Assembly: GCA_034178705.1 (NCBI GenBank)
Contig: JAXFQY010000076.1
Location: 65-64,064 of the forward strand
DNA from: Eubacteriales bacterium
GTDB taxonomy: Bacteria; Bacillota; Clostridia; Oscillospirales; CAG-272
DNA: 64,000 nt
Reading direction: 5' to 3'
Part shown: piece by piece, positions 1 through 9,054 of the stretch
How the letters are laid out: the number at the start of each line of letters is the position of its first letter
Numbering within the stretch: position 1 is the first letter of the stretch
Translations under genes and position numbers: made by a program
The notes under the pieces: generated by a model
Told to the model about the DNA's origin: nothing
Database searches by the model: none
The model's input: the letters and a program-made list of their open reading frames with translations, nothing else

Positions 1-560
1 TCGGTGAAATCTACCATATTGACGCACAAATGAGTACAGAACACCAACCGGACTTCCGCCGCTGGCTGTCCGGCTTCAGCGGGGGAACGATGTATATTTT
101 CGGCTGTCACCTGATTGATCTCATCGTCCGGATTCAGGGAAAACCGCGGGAGGTGATTCCCTTTCTCTCTTCAAGCGGCAAGGACGGAATAAACTTCCGG
201 GATAATGCCTGCGCCGCTCTTCTTTACGACAAGGGAACATCCTTTATCCGGACTTCCTCTGTCGAGGTAAACGGCTTCGGACGGCGACAGCTTGCAATAT
301 GCGGCAGCAAAGGGTCGATCGAGATCAAACCGATAGAGAATCCGATGCGGGAAATCGAAGCATACGTACCCGAAACAAAAAGCTGGAACGACATTCACCG
401 TGAGGTTTCTCTCGTGCCGCAGCTGCACCGCTACGACAACATGCTTCTTGACTTTGCAGACTTGATCCGGGGTTCCGGGAAAACCCCCTATACCTACGAA
501 CACGATCTCTACGTTCACAAGGCAACCCTTGCCGCATGCGGATTTGATGTCAGATTGTAA
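1..560 (+). CDS. Gfo/Idh/MocA-family oxidoreductase, C-terminal part (5' end outside window)
   Basis: Frame is open from base 3 (GEIYHIDAQMSTEH...) to TAA 558-560. C-terminal-domain-like sequence (FGCHLIDL, ICGSKGSIEI). First of four tightly packed same-strand genes. Confidence 0.6.
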   Translation, partial: GEIYHIDAQMSTEHQPDFRRWLSGFSGGTMYIFGCHLIDLIVRIQGKPREVIPFLSSSGKDGINFRDNACAALLYDKGTSFIRTSSVEVNGFGRRQLAICGSKGSIEIKPIENPMREIEAYVPETKSWNDIHREVSLVPQLHRYDNMLLDFADLIRGSGKTPYTYEHDLYVHKATLAACGFDVRL

Positions 561-574
561 GGAGAAAACAGCCT

Positions 575-1561
575 ATGAAAGCCATGCTTGTTGATGCCGA
601 AAAGCATCTTATATGGTCAGATGTTCCGGAGCCGGTTCTGGAGGATGACCGTGTCCTGATTGAGATTGAAGCAGCGGCCTTGAACCGGGCAGACCTTCTT
701 CAGCGCCGGGGAACCTATCCTTCACCAAAGGGGTGGCCGCAATGGATGGGGCTGGAGGTAGCGGGATATATTTCCGCTGTCGGAAGAATTGCGGCAGCTA
801 ATTCCTCGCTGAAGGTCGGCGATCCTGTCTGTGCCCTTCTCGGCGGCGGGGGATATGCACAAAGGGTTGCTGTTCCCTACCGGATGGTTATGCCGATCCC
901 GCGCGGTCTTTCCATGCCGGAGGCTGCCTCTCTTCCGGAAGCCTATGCGACCTCCTATCTGAACCTTTTCCATGAAGCCCACCTTTCAGCCGGTCAGACA
1001 ATCTATATAGCCGCGGGAGCATCCGGACTTGCCAGCGTTGCGATTCCGATGGCTAAGGCATTCGGAGCAAAGGTCGTCACCTCTGTCCTTTCGGCACAAA
1101 TCGCCAAAAGCATCGAACCGCTCGGAGCCGATATCGTTGTGGATACCTCAACGCAAGCGTTGGAGGAAGTTTTCCGCGATTTGGATGAAAAAGGTACTCC
1201 CATAAACTGTGCAATGGACTGCCTCTGCGGAGAAGCACTTGGCAAATGTCTTCCCTACATGGCGGAGGGCGGGTACTGGATTGTCATCTCTACACTTGCC
1301 GGAACAGAAACCAATCTCCTTCTCCGCCCGCTTCTTACCCGCGGTCTCCACCTCGTCGGAAGCATGCTCCGCAAACGCTCCGTCGCGGAAAAAGCAGAAC
1401 TTCTTGCCGAGCTCGTCGAACGTGTCTGGCCGAAGCTGGAAAGCGGAGAGATTCGCCCGAGTCTTTACAAAGTTCTTCCAATGTCACAGGCGGAGGAAGC
1501 ACACGCGATCCTTGAAAAAGGGGAAAACATCGGAAAGGTCGTTCTCACGCTTCATTCATGA
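575..1561 (+). CDS. NAD(P)H:quinone oxidoreductase-like medium-chain dehydrogenase (Qor/PIG3 type)
   Basis: 328 aa. Motifs ALNRADLLQRRGTYP, GLEVAG and Rossmann-like AAGASGLASVAI. aggaga-type RBS before ATG 575. Confidence 0.8.
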   Translation: MKAMLVDAEKHLIWSDVPEPVLEDDRVLIEIEAAALNRADLLQRRGTYPSPKGWPQWMGLEVAGYISAVGRIAAANSSLKVGDPVCALLGGGGYAQRVAVPYRMVMPIPRGLSMPEAASLPEAYATSYLNLFHEAHLSAGQTIYIAAGASGLASVAIPMAKAFGAKVVTSVLSAQIAKSIEPLGADIVVDTSTQALEEVFRDLDEKGTPINCAMDCLCGEALGKCLPYMAEGGYWIVISTLAGTETNLLLRPLLTRGLHLVGSMLRKRSVAEKAELLAELVERVWPKLESGEIRPSLYKVLPMSQAEEAHAILEKGENIGKVVLTLHS

Positions 1562-2508
1562 CAAAAATCATCCTCTCAACCACTGCTCAGATTTTGGTGA
1601 TTTTCTCCTATATTCTGATCGGTTTTGTACTACGCAGACTTGCTCTGCTCCCTCAATCCTCCGGAAAAACGCTTTCTGTTCTGGAAACCACAGTCTTTCT
1701 TCCCGCGATGATCTTTACCAATCTTTTCTCTCATATCCGCGTTTCCACGATCGTCTCTCACGCGGCAACCCTCGGTTTTGGATTTCTTTTTCTTCTGTTT
1801 GTGCTTTTTGTATCTTTTCTCTTTGCCAAATTACTGTCGAAAAAAGGTGAGCGAAGAGAAAGAAATACCCTGATTTACATCTTCGCTTTCTCCAATTATG
1901 CTTATTTTGGCTATCCGCTGCTGCGAAATGTTTTCGGCGAGACAATGTTAGCGGAAACTGTTTTATTTGCCGTTCCTTTCACTATCACCATTTTCACGCT
2001 CGGCACCTATCTGCTGACGGGAGAATCCGGGAAGCGCGGTTCCCGTTTTTCGGTGTCAGGGAAAATGCTGCCTGTCCTTGCGGCGGTTTTCTTCGGAATT
2101 CTTTTTGGACTGCTGGACATAAAGCTGCCTTCTGTAGTTACAACGGGCATTTCCGATCTTTCCAAATGCATGTGTCCCGTATCGATGATTCTGACCGGTT
2201 ATGTTCTTGCCTCTTATCGGATTAAGGAGCTTTTCCGATCTGCACGCGCCTATCTGATTGCGGCTATCCGTGTGATTCTTTTTCCCCTACTGACTGCCGG
2301 CCTTTTGTGGCTGATCGGGTTGCGGGGATCGGCTTTTGTTATTCCGGTCTTCATAACCTCCATGCCGGTGGGTATGAATGTTGTCATTTTTTCTGAGGCA
2401 AACGGCAAAAACAGCAGCGCAGAAGCACGCATCTGTTTTATTTCTTATCTCATTTCACTGATTACCATACCGATTATTTTCGGGATACTGCAAGGGAGCG
2501 TTTCATGA
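1558..2508 (+). CDS. AEC (auxin efflux carrier) family transporter
   Basis: 316 aa with about 10 hydrophobic segments arranged as two halves around a central loop. ATGA overlap with the upstream gene. Confidence 0.7.
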   Translation: MTKIILSTTAQILVIFSYILIGFVLRRLALLPQSSGKTLSVLETTVFLPAMIFTNLFSHIRVSTIVSHAATLGFGFLFLLFVLFVSFLFAKLLSKKGERRERNTLIYIFAFSNYAYFGYPLLRNVFGETMLAETVLFAVPFTITIFTLGTYLLTGESGKRGSRFSVSGKMLPVLAAVFFGILFGLLDIKLPSVVTTGISDLSKCMCPVSMILTGYVLASYRIKELFRSARAYLIAAIRVILFPLLTAGLLWLIGLRGSAFVIPVFITSMPVGMNVVIFSEANGKNSSAEARICFISYLISLITIPIIFGILQGSVS

Positions 2509-3512
2509 AAAGAAAACAAATTTTATTTACCGGCGTCGGCGTTGCAGAACTGTGTGACACGGAAATCGGCAAACCGAGCGAAAACGAGGTGTTGGTCAAA
2601 ACGGAAGTCAGCGTGATCAGTGCCGGAACCGAGCGTGACAACCTTCTTGCCGCTCCCAATACAGCAGGGGCCGGCAGATTCCCGATAGCGGAAGGATACT
2701 GCTCTGTCGGAATTGTTGAGGAAACCGGTGCAAACGTCAAAAAAGTAAAAGCAGGCGATCGTGTCCTCTGCTACCACGGAAATCATGCCGACTATAACAA
2801 GGTACCGGCAAGCCAGGTTTATCCGGTCCGCGACAGAGCAATTCCCCCAGAGCATGCCGCGCTCGTCATCATTGCCGCAATGGGTCTTGGCGGGGTTCGC
2901 AAGCTCAGACTGGAATTCGGAGAGTCCGCCATGGTCATGGGACTTGGCCTTCTCGGAATGTTTTCTGTTCAGTTTCTCCGCCTTTCCGGCGCCATGCCTT
3001 TGATGGTTGCGGATCTGAATGAGGAACGCCGCAGAATTGCTCTTGCTACCGGTGCCGAATACGCTTTTGATCCGACAGATCCGGACTTTTCCGCAAAGGT
3101 AAAGGAAATCACGCGCGGAAAGGGCGTCAAGGCTATCATCGAAGTCACAGGCAAATCGATCGCCCTGAAACAGGCACTGGATTGCGCCGCTTATATGGGA
3201 CGGATTTCCCTGCTCGGTTGTACGCGCACCTCGGATTGTCCGATCGATTATTATCAGAAAGTTCACCGTCCTGGAGTGGAGCTGATCGGCGCGCATAACA
3301 TGGTCCGTCCAAAGCTGGAAAGCTATCCCTATCATTGGACAAACGAAGACGACTGTCTTGCAATCCTTGACAGCATCAGCACCGGTCGACTGAACTGTAA
3401 ACCGTTGATCAACGAAATACACAGTCCGCTTGAAGCATCGGAGGTTTATGCAGAACTTGCCACAAACAAATCTTTTCCCCTCGGCGTGCTTTTTGATTGG
3501 AGGCTTCTGTGA
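2505..3512 (+). CDS. zinc-type alcohol/polyol dehydrogenase-like MDR protein
   Basis: 335 aa. GroES-like N-terminal domain (VKTEVSVISAGTERD) and Rossmann segment VMGLGLLG. ATGA overlap with the upstream gene. Confidence 0.7.
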   Translation: MKRKQILFTGVGVAELCDTEIGKPSENEVLVKTEVSVISAGTERDNLLAAPNTAGAGRFPIAEGYCSVGIVEETGANVKKVKAGDRVLCYHGNHADYNKVPASQVYPVRDRAIPPEHAALVIIAAMGLGGVRKLRLEFGESAMVMGLGLLGMFSVQFLRLSGAMPLMVADLNEERRRIALATGAEYAFDPTDPDFSAKVKEITRGKGVKAIIEVTGKSIALKQALDCAAYMGRISLLGCTRTSDCPIDYYQKVHRPGVELIGAHNMVRPKLESYPYHWTNEDDCLAILDSISTGRLNCKPLINEIHSPLEASEVYAELATNKSFPLGVLFDWRLL

Positions 3513-3673
3513 TTTTGTGAATATAAGCGTTTCTTTCGGAAGATAGTGATAAAAATTGCGGAAATGATCTTTTGCAATGCTCTCTTGTAGTATTTACGGT
3601 TTTCTCCATGCGCTTAAAATACAGATACACAGGGGCGTTCTATCACACCTAAAACCGAAGAAATATGTTTTTT

Positions 3674-3749
3674 AAGTGATTGAGTCCTATCTGTTGGTTT
3701 GTTTTTGGTAAAACGATTCTAACATGGCTCAATCACTTTTTCTTTTTTT
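3674..3749 (+). terminator. atypical long-loop hairpin plus T-tract after the oxidoreductase/transporter cluster
   Basis: AAGTGATTGAG (3674-3684) pairs with CTCAATCACTT (3728-3738) and is followed by TTTTTCTTTTTTT. The 43-nt loop is unusually large for an intrinsic terminator. Confidence 0.4.
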
Positions 3750-3789
3750 GAATCTCACAACAATTGTAGCATTACGCCTTTGATTTCTC

Positions 3790-3818
3790 TTGACGTTTTC
3801 CTCGTTAAATTGTATAAA
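3790..3818 (+). promoter_or_regulatory. orphan sigma-A-like promoter in AT-rich island
   Basis: TTGACG (3790-3795), 17-nt spacer, TATAAA (3813-3818). No credible ORF lies downstream before the 4008-4050 terminator. Confidence 0.35.
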
Positions 3819-4007
3819 GGTCTTAGACGTGTTCAAATCTCCGTCTGAATGTTTGTTGTGGTGACTTTCCTTCTAACGGAGTTTTTTGAGCCGGTTTATT
3901 TCTTTTGCGATTTTTTTGAATTTGCGGAATTTATTATACCTTATCTAAGCAAGGAAAAGAAATGGAACGACTCCTGGAGTGAAAATTCATTTTTCTCTTC
4001 ACCAAAC

Positions 4008-4050
4008 AAAGAAATCCGAACCCAGGACGCCCTGCGGTTCGGATTTCTTT
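4008..4050. terminator. bidirectional intrinsic terminator (ends the secA array)
   Basis: Perfect 15-bp stem AAAGAAATCCGAACC / GGTTCGGATTTCTTT with a 13-nt loop. The GC core is flanked by U-rich tails on both strands. It lies 84 nt after the stop of 4134..5660. Confidence 0.8.
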
Positions 4051-4133
4051 GTTCAAAATTCCGAAGAGATCTTCCGAATCAGCAATTAGCGAAATCCTCG
4101 AAAGCCCCGAAAGTTCGGAAAACTTTGAAAAAA

Positions 4134-5660
4134 TTAACCTTCCTCAAGTGAATATTTATATCGTAAGCTTTCTTTCAGCTTATCCAAGTACCAAAGGACC
4201 ATGCAGAAAAAGGCAAGAGCCAGCACAAGATCAATAATCCAATAAAAATCCACGCGCGGAATATACAGATGTGTTGTATCTGTGTACGTCTGCTCCTTTA
4301 ATGCAACACTTTCGGTATCAACAAGGATAAAACGATAGACAATTCCGGAAACAGCAGAAAGTACAGAGAAAATACAAGCCGAAACAGTACGCCGGCGGTG
4401 CCCTCCGATTTCGGTAAGAACGCGGGTTTGATAGGAAAGCAGTTTTCCTTCTCCAAGTTCATCCCGAGCAAACCGCGTCAACTTCAGAAAGAGAAGGCAA
4501 ATCAAAACCGTAAACAGAAGAGAGGAAAGGTCTTCAACAAGGATCAAAGAAAGATAATGTGCGGTTGCCGCATCACGGCGCCATACATCCGAAAAACTGA
4601 ACCGGCGATGAAACGAGAGGGAAAGCCAAAAGGAGACTGCACCGCCTGCAAAGGGGAAAAACGCTAAAACGGTCATCCAAACCGGCATAGGAAAAAGCTT
4701 TTTCCCGACATACAGCACGGAAAACAGAAGCAAAGCAGCAGAAAGAACATCGGGAAAAAGATTCTGCTCATCAATAAAAAAATCCAGTGCAAGAAATACA
4801 GCCGCAGTAAGGAAGACGGTAGCCCGGCAGAATTTCCGATAGGAATGCAGCTTGTGCTCCGGAGGATAATTGGTATCCAGATACGATAAAAGTCCACTGC
4901 AGAAGCAATCATCGGCACAAAGGCCGTGAATATATCGGCGAAACGCAACCAGCCACACGATCCCGATCGCAAGTGCGGGCAAAAAAGACAATACGGTATA
5001 GAAAGCTTTGAACTCAGTCTGGGGCACACGATAAAGGGAAAGGGACGGATCTCCGCTCTGCCCGGAAAGATAAACAAGCTCCGGAAGAACGGAAAGCAGA
5101 CGGAGAAGAGACATAGAAATCACGGTCAGCCATTTCAGAGAAGAAACCCCAAACGGTCTGCGCGGCTTCTTATTGCTGTGCTGTGTTTTTCTCTGCTTTT
5201 CCGGCGCAAAAACAAAGCCGTTTTCCGTCTTCACCGTCCGAACAATATGGAAAGCAGCCGTTCCCTCGTAACGCTCACCGATATAGATAAAACCGTCAAA
5301 CAAATTCAGAAAAACCACAACGAGAAGAACCGTTTCAAGAATAGCATAGGTGAAGGTAAAAACAAGCATAATCGACTGTTCCGCCGTGTGCTCATGAAAA
5401 ATACGGAACATCAGAAAAAAAGCGGGAATACGAGAGAGACTGAACCAAAAGAACCGAAGGAATCCCCGGCGCGCAGACTCCAGATAAGGTGTGACATCAC
5501 GCAGCCTCCGGAGAGCAGCAAGCATAAACAGAGCGCCGATAAAATCCGGAAGGAAATCGAAAATGTTCAGAAAAGGATTGAAAAGAAAGACAGCGCCCAC
5601 TGCAAAGCACGGAATGCCAAGAAGCACAGAGGGGCGAACAGACTGCTCTGCCTTTTTCAT
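4134..5660 (-). CDS. polytopic membrane protein, unknown function
   Basis: 508-aa ORF with many hydrophobic segments. Its start overlaps the stop of the upstream ORF (ATGA). It is the last gene before a strong terminator. Confidence 0.6.
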   Translation of the reverse strand: MKKAEQSVRPSVLLGIPCFAVGAVFLFNPFLNIFDFLPDFIGALFMLAALRRLRDVTPYLESARRGFLRFFWFSLSRIPAFFLMFRIFHEHTAEQSIMLVFTFTYAILETVLLVVVFLNLFDGFIYIGERYEGTAAFHIVRTVKTENGFVFAPEKQRKTQHSNKKPRRPFGVSSLKWLTVISMSLLRLLSVLPELVYLSGQSGDPSLSLYRVPQTEFKAFYTVLSFLPALAIGIVWLVAFRRYIHGLCADDCFCSGLLSYLDTNYPPEHKLHSYRKFCRATVFLTAAVFLALDFFIDEQNLFPDVLSAALLLFSVLYVGKKLFPMPVWMTVLAFFPFAGGAVSFWLSLSFHRRFSFSDVWRRDAATAHYLSLILVEDLSSLLFTVLICLLFLKLTRFARDELGEGKLLSYQTRVLTEIGGHRRRTVSACIFSVLSAVSGIVYRFILVDTESVALKEQTYTDTTHLYIPRVDFYWIIDLVLALAFFCMVLWYLDKLKESLRYKYSLEEG

Positions 5661-6259
5661 TTTTTATCCTCCTTTTTTTCTTCCATCCTTTTCTCCTTCT
5701 CTTCTGCTTTCTGAATCTCCAACTCTTCCCCTTCCAGGCCAATCGAGCGATAGCAGGAGAAGAAAAGGGAAAATGCTACAAGACCAACAAGCAATCCTGC
5801 AAACAAGATGATCATAAATCCGGAGGATGACGGAGGAATCAGCTTCACAGTCAGAAGAAAATTAAAAATGAAAACGGTAACATGGATCACAATACAGTAT
5901 ACAGCCCGGACGGCAAGACGATCAATGCCGGTCTCCCTTGCGATCTGATAGGTTCCGTAAAAAACAGCACACCGAAACAGGACGCAAAGAATAAGGGAGA
6001 GCATACTGATCACGGAATAAAGCGTTGTACCCTGATAGGAATACAGACCGAGCATATCGAGACAGGAGAAAACGAGTTGGGCAAAGGAGGTAAAAAGTCC
6101 GAAAAATCCGATATACTGTGCTATACGGTACCCACGGTTGTATACGGAAAGGCGGGTAACCCCGAAAAGCATCAGTGCATAGCCAAGCCATTCCGTAAAA
6201 CCCGAATAGACAGGGTTCAAAGATACAAGATACCCGCAAAGAAGGTAACCGAAGCCCAA
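5657..6259 (-). CDS. membrane protein with Lys/Glu-rich C-terminal tail, unknown function
   Basis: 200 aa with about 6 hydrophobic segments and the tail EELEIQKAEEKEKRMEEKKEDKK. Starts 13 nt after the secA stop. Confidence 0.6.
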   Translation of the reverse strand: MGFGYLLCGYLVSLNPVYSGFTEWLGYALMLFGVTRLSVYNRGYRIAQYIGFFGLFTSFAQLVFSCLDMLGLYSYQGTTLYSVISMLSLILCVLFRCAVFYGTYQIARETGIDRLAVRAVYCIVIHVTVFIFNFLLTVKLIPPSSSGFMIILFAGLLVGLVAFSLFFSCYRSIGLEGEELEIQKAEEKEKRMEEKKEDKK

Positions 6260-6272
6260 AAAATCACCTCAT

Positions 6273-9029
6273 TCAGCCGCCGTCCCGATCATTGGCACCG
6301 CAGCACTTTTTGTATTTCTTCCCACTTCCGCAGGGGCAAAGATCGTTTCTTCCGACCTTCTGGGCAGCCGGAGTACGGCGCGGCACCGGTTTGCCACCGT
6401 CGAACCCCTCAATTAACGGTTTTGCTACTTGCTGGCGAACGATTTTCACCTCTCGTTTGGGAGCCGGGAAGAAGGTAAGAATATCCCGCACGGTGCTCTC
6501 CCGGATATCGTCAATCATAGCATCAAACATATCCGCACCCTGAATCCGATATTCGGTCAGCGGATTGCGCTGCGCATAGGCATTCAGAGAAACACCGGAT
6601 TTCAGATCCTCCATCGCTTCCAGCTGATCGATCCATTTCAGATCCACATTCCGAAGAAGCTTGACACGGTCAAGCTCCCGGGCAAGCTCCTCACTGCCGA
6701 GGATGGATGCTTTATCGTTGTAGAGCGCCATGGCTCGGGAAAGGAGAAGGTCGGAAAGGGACTCATGCGTCAGCTTCTCAAGCTGCTCAGAAGTCAATTC
6801 AAAGTCCTTCGGCGTGCAGAGCCAGCCGCCGAATTTCTCAAGAAGCATGTCAAAATTCCAATCAGCCTTGTTTTCGGAAGCGCATGCCATTGTGACAGCA
6901 CCGGCGACAGACTGTTCGATCATTGCGGTAATCTTCGGACGGAGATCAACCCCCTCGAGCACTTCCCTGCGCTGCCCGTAGATCACCCGACGCTGCTGAT
7001 TCATGACATCGTCATATTCAAGGGTATGCTTGCGCATACGGAAGTTCTGATCTTCACGCCGTTTTTGGGCGCTTTCAATGCTGTTGGAGAGAATCCGGGC
7101 ATCAATTGTCATATCATCGTCCAATCCGAGACGGTCGACGATTGCCATCATCCGGTCTCCGCCGAACAGGCGCATCAAATCATCCTCAAGGGAGATATAG
7201 AAACGGGACTCACCGGGGTCTCCCTGCCGTCCGCTTCGCCCACGCAGCTGGTTATCAATCCGGCGGGACTCATGACGCTCCGTGCCGAGAATATAAAGAC
7301 CGCCAAGCGCACAGACCTTTTCCGCTTCCGGTTTGATTGCGTCCGCGTATTTCTTTTTCAGTTCCGCAAACAGCTTACGCTCGAGAAGAATCTCCGGATC
7401 CTCAGTGTGGGCAAAAGAAACAGCATTGCCGATCATTTCATCCGTGTAGCCGTGCTCCTTCCTAAGCTCAGCTTTGGCAAGAAACTCCGGGTTGCCCCCG
7501 AGCAGAATATCGGTGCCGCGTCCTGCCATGTTGGTGGAAATCGTAACTGCGCCAAGCTTACCCGCCTGTGCCACAATCTCCGCTTCTTTTTCATGATATT
7601 TCGCGTTCAGAACTGTATGCGGAATCTTAGCGGTCTGAAGCAGCTTGGAAAGTTGCTCCGATTTTTCAACAGAAACGGTACCGACAAGAACCGGTTGACC
7701 GCGATCGTGGCATTCACGGATTTTTTCAACAATTGCACGGAGCTTCGCCTGCTCAGAGCGATAGACCATATCCGTATGGTCACGGCGGATCATCGGCTTG
7801 TTTGTCGGAACCTCCACGACATCGAGGTTATAAATTTCCCGGAATTCGGTCTCCTCTGTCAGTGCAGTACCGGTCATGCCGGAAAGCTTCTCATACATGC
7901 GGAAATAGTTCTGAAACGTAATTGTCGCAAGGGTTTTGTTTTCCTTTTCGACTTTTACATGCTCCTTTGCTTCAATTGCCTGGTGCAATCCCTCATTATA
8001 GCGCCGTCCGGGCATCAAACGTCCGGTAAAAGCGTCGACAATGACAACCCGACCGTCCTTGACAATATAATCTACTTCACGGCGCATGATGCCGTGTGCA
8101 CGGATTGCCTGATTTACATGATGAGCAATTGTCGCATTTTCGGGGTCTGACAGATTTTCAAGCCCGAAAAATTTCTCTGTTTTTGAAATACCGGACGCCG
8201 TTAAGGTAACAGAGCGCGCTTTTTCGTCAACAATATAATCCGCGTCGATATCGTCGTGGTTTTCTTTATCATCCAGCTCCTTGATGACGAATTTTCTCAT
8301 ACGGCTGACAAGCTGATCTGCACGCTCATATAGATCGGTACTCTTTTCCCCTTCTCCGGAAATAATCAGCGGAGTCCGGGCCTCATCAATCAAAACAGAG
8401 TCAACCTCATCCACAATCGCAAAATGATGGCCGCGCTGAACGGTTTGCTCCAGTCGGATAACCATATTGTCCCGCAGATAATCAAAGCCGAATTCATTAT
8501 TCGTTCCATAGGTTACATCCGCCTGATACGCCGCGCGCTTCTCGTCCGTATTCTGCCCATGAACCACCAGTCCGGTCTTCATGCCGAGAAAAGCGAAAAT
8601 ACGCCCCATTTCTTCTGCACCGCAGCGTGCCAGATAATCATTGACGGTAACAATATGGACGCCCTTTCCCGTAAGAGCATTCAAATATGCGGGAAGGGTA
8701 GCAACGAGGGTTTTCCCTTCACCCGTCTTCATTTCCGCAATCCGCCCTTGATGCAGAAGAATCCCACCGATCAACTGAACACGGAACGGACGCTTTCCAA
8801 GGGTGCGATCCGCTGTTTCACGGACAGCTGCAAACGCTTCCGGCAGAAGATCATCGAGCATCGCGCCGTTAGCAAGGCGCTCCCGGAAGAGAGCGGTAGA
8901 AGCAGAAAGCTCCGAATCGCTCATCGCCGCGTAACGATCCGCCAAAGCCTCAATCGCGTCAACCGTTTTTGTCAGCTTGCGGATTTGTCTCTCGCTGTAG
9001 GTACCGATAATGGAATCAATAAGCTTCAT
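6273..9029 (-). CDS. secA: preprotein translocase ATPase SecA
   Basis: 918 aa. Motor motifs MKTGEGKTLVATLPAYLNAL and DEVDSVLIDEARTPLIISG. C-terminal zinc finger CPCGSGKKYKKCCG. Confidence 0.97.
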   Translation of the reverse strand: MKLIDSIIGTYSERQIRKLTKTVDAIEALADRYAAMSDSELSASTALFRERLANGAMLDDLLPEAFAAVRETADRTLGKRPFRVQLIGGILLHQGRIAEMKTGEGKTLVATLPAYLNALTGKGVHIVTVNDYLARCGAEEMGRIFAFLGMKTGLVVHGQNTDEKRAAYQADVTYGTNNEFGFDYLRDNMVIRLEQTVQRGHHFAIVDEVDSVLIDEARTPLIISGEGEKSTDLYERADQLVSRMRKFVIKELDDKENHDDIDADYIVDEKARSVTLTASGISKTEKFFGLENLSDPENATIAHHVNQAIRAHGIMRREVDYIVKDGRVVIVDAFTGRLMPGRRYNEGLHQAIEAKEHVKVEKENKTLATITFQNYFRMYEKLSGMTGTALTEETEFREIYNLDVVEVPTNKPMIRRDHTDMVYRSEQAKLRAIVEKIRECHDRGQPVLVGTVSVEKSEQLSKLLQTAKIPHTVLNAKYHEKEAEIVAQAGKLGAVTISTNMAGRGTDILLGGNPEFLAKAELRKEHGYTDEMIGNAVSFAHTEDPEILLERKLFAELKKKYADAIKPEAEKVCALGGLYILGTERHESRRIDNQLRGRSGRQGDPGESRFYISLEDDLMRLFGGDRMMAIVDRLGLDDDMTIDARILSNSIESAQKRREDQNFRMRKHTLEYDDVMNQQRRVIYGQRREVLEGVDLRPKITAMIEQSVAGAVTMACASENKADWNFDMLLEKFGGWLCTPKDFELTSEQLEKLTHESLSDLLLSRAMALYNDKASILGSEELARELDRVKLLRNVDLKWIDQLEAMEDLKSGVSLNAYAQRNPLTEYRIQGADMFDAMIDDIRESTVRDILTFFPAPKREVKIVRQQVAKPLIEGFDGGKPVPRRTPAAQKVGRNDLCPCGSGKKYKKCCGANDRDGG

Positions 9030-9054
9030 GAGTTGCCTTTCATCAAAAAGAATC

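Noticed and set aside
3849-4151. 100-aa plus-strand ORF in the AT-rich island
   Set aside because: It has no RBS, and it reads straight through the strong 4008-4050 terminator and into the converging membrane-protein gene.
6429-8150. 573-aa plus-strand ORF
   Set aside because: It is entirely antisense to secA, whose identity is unambiguous. The sequence is low-complexity and Arg/Leu-rich, has no RBS, and looks like a typical shadow ORF of a GC-rich gene.
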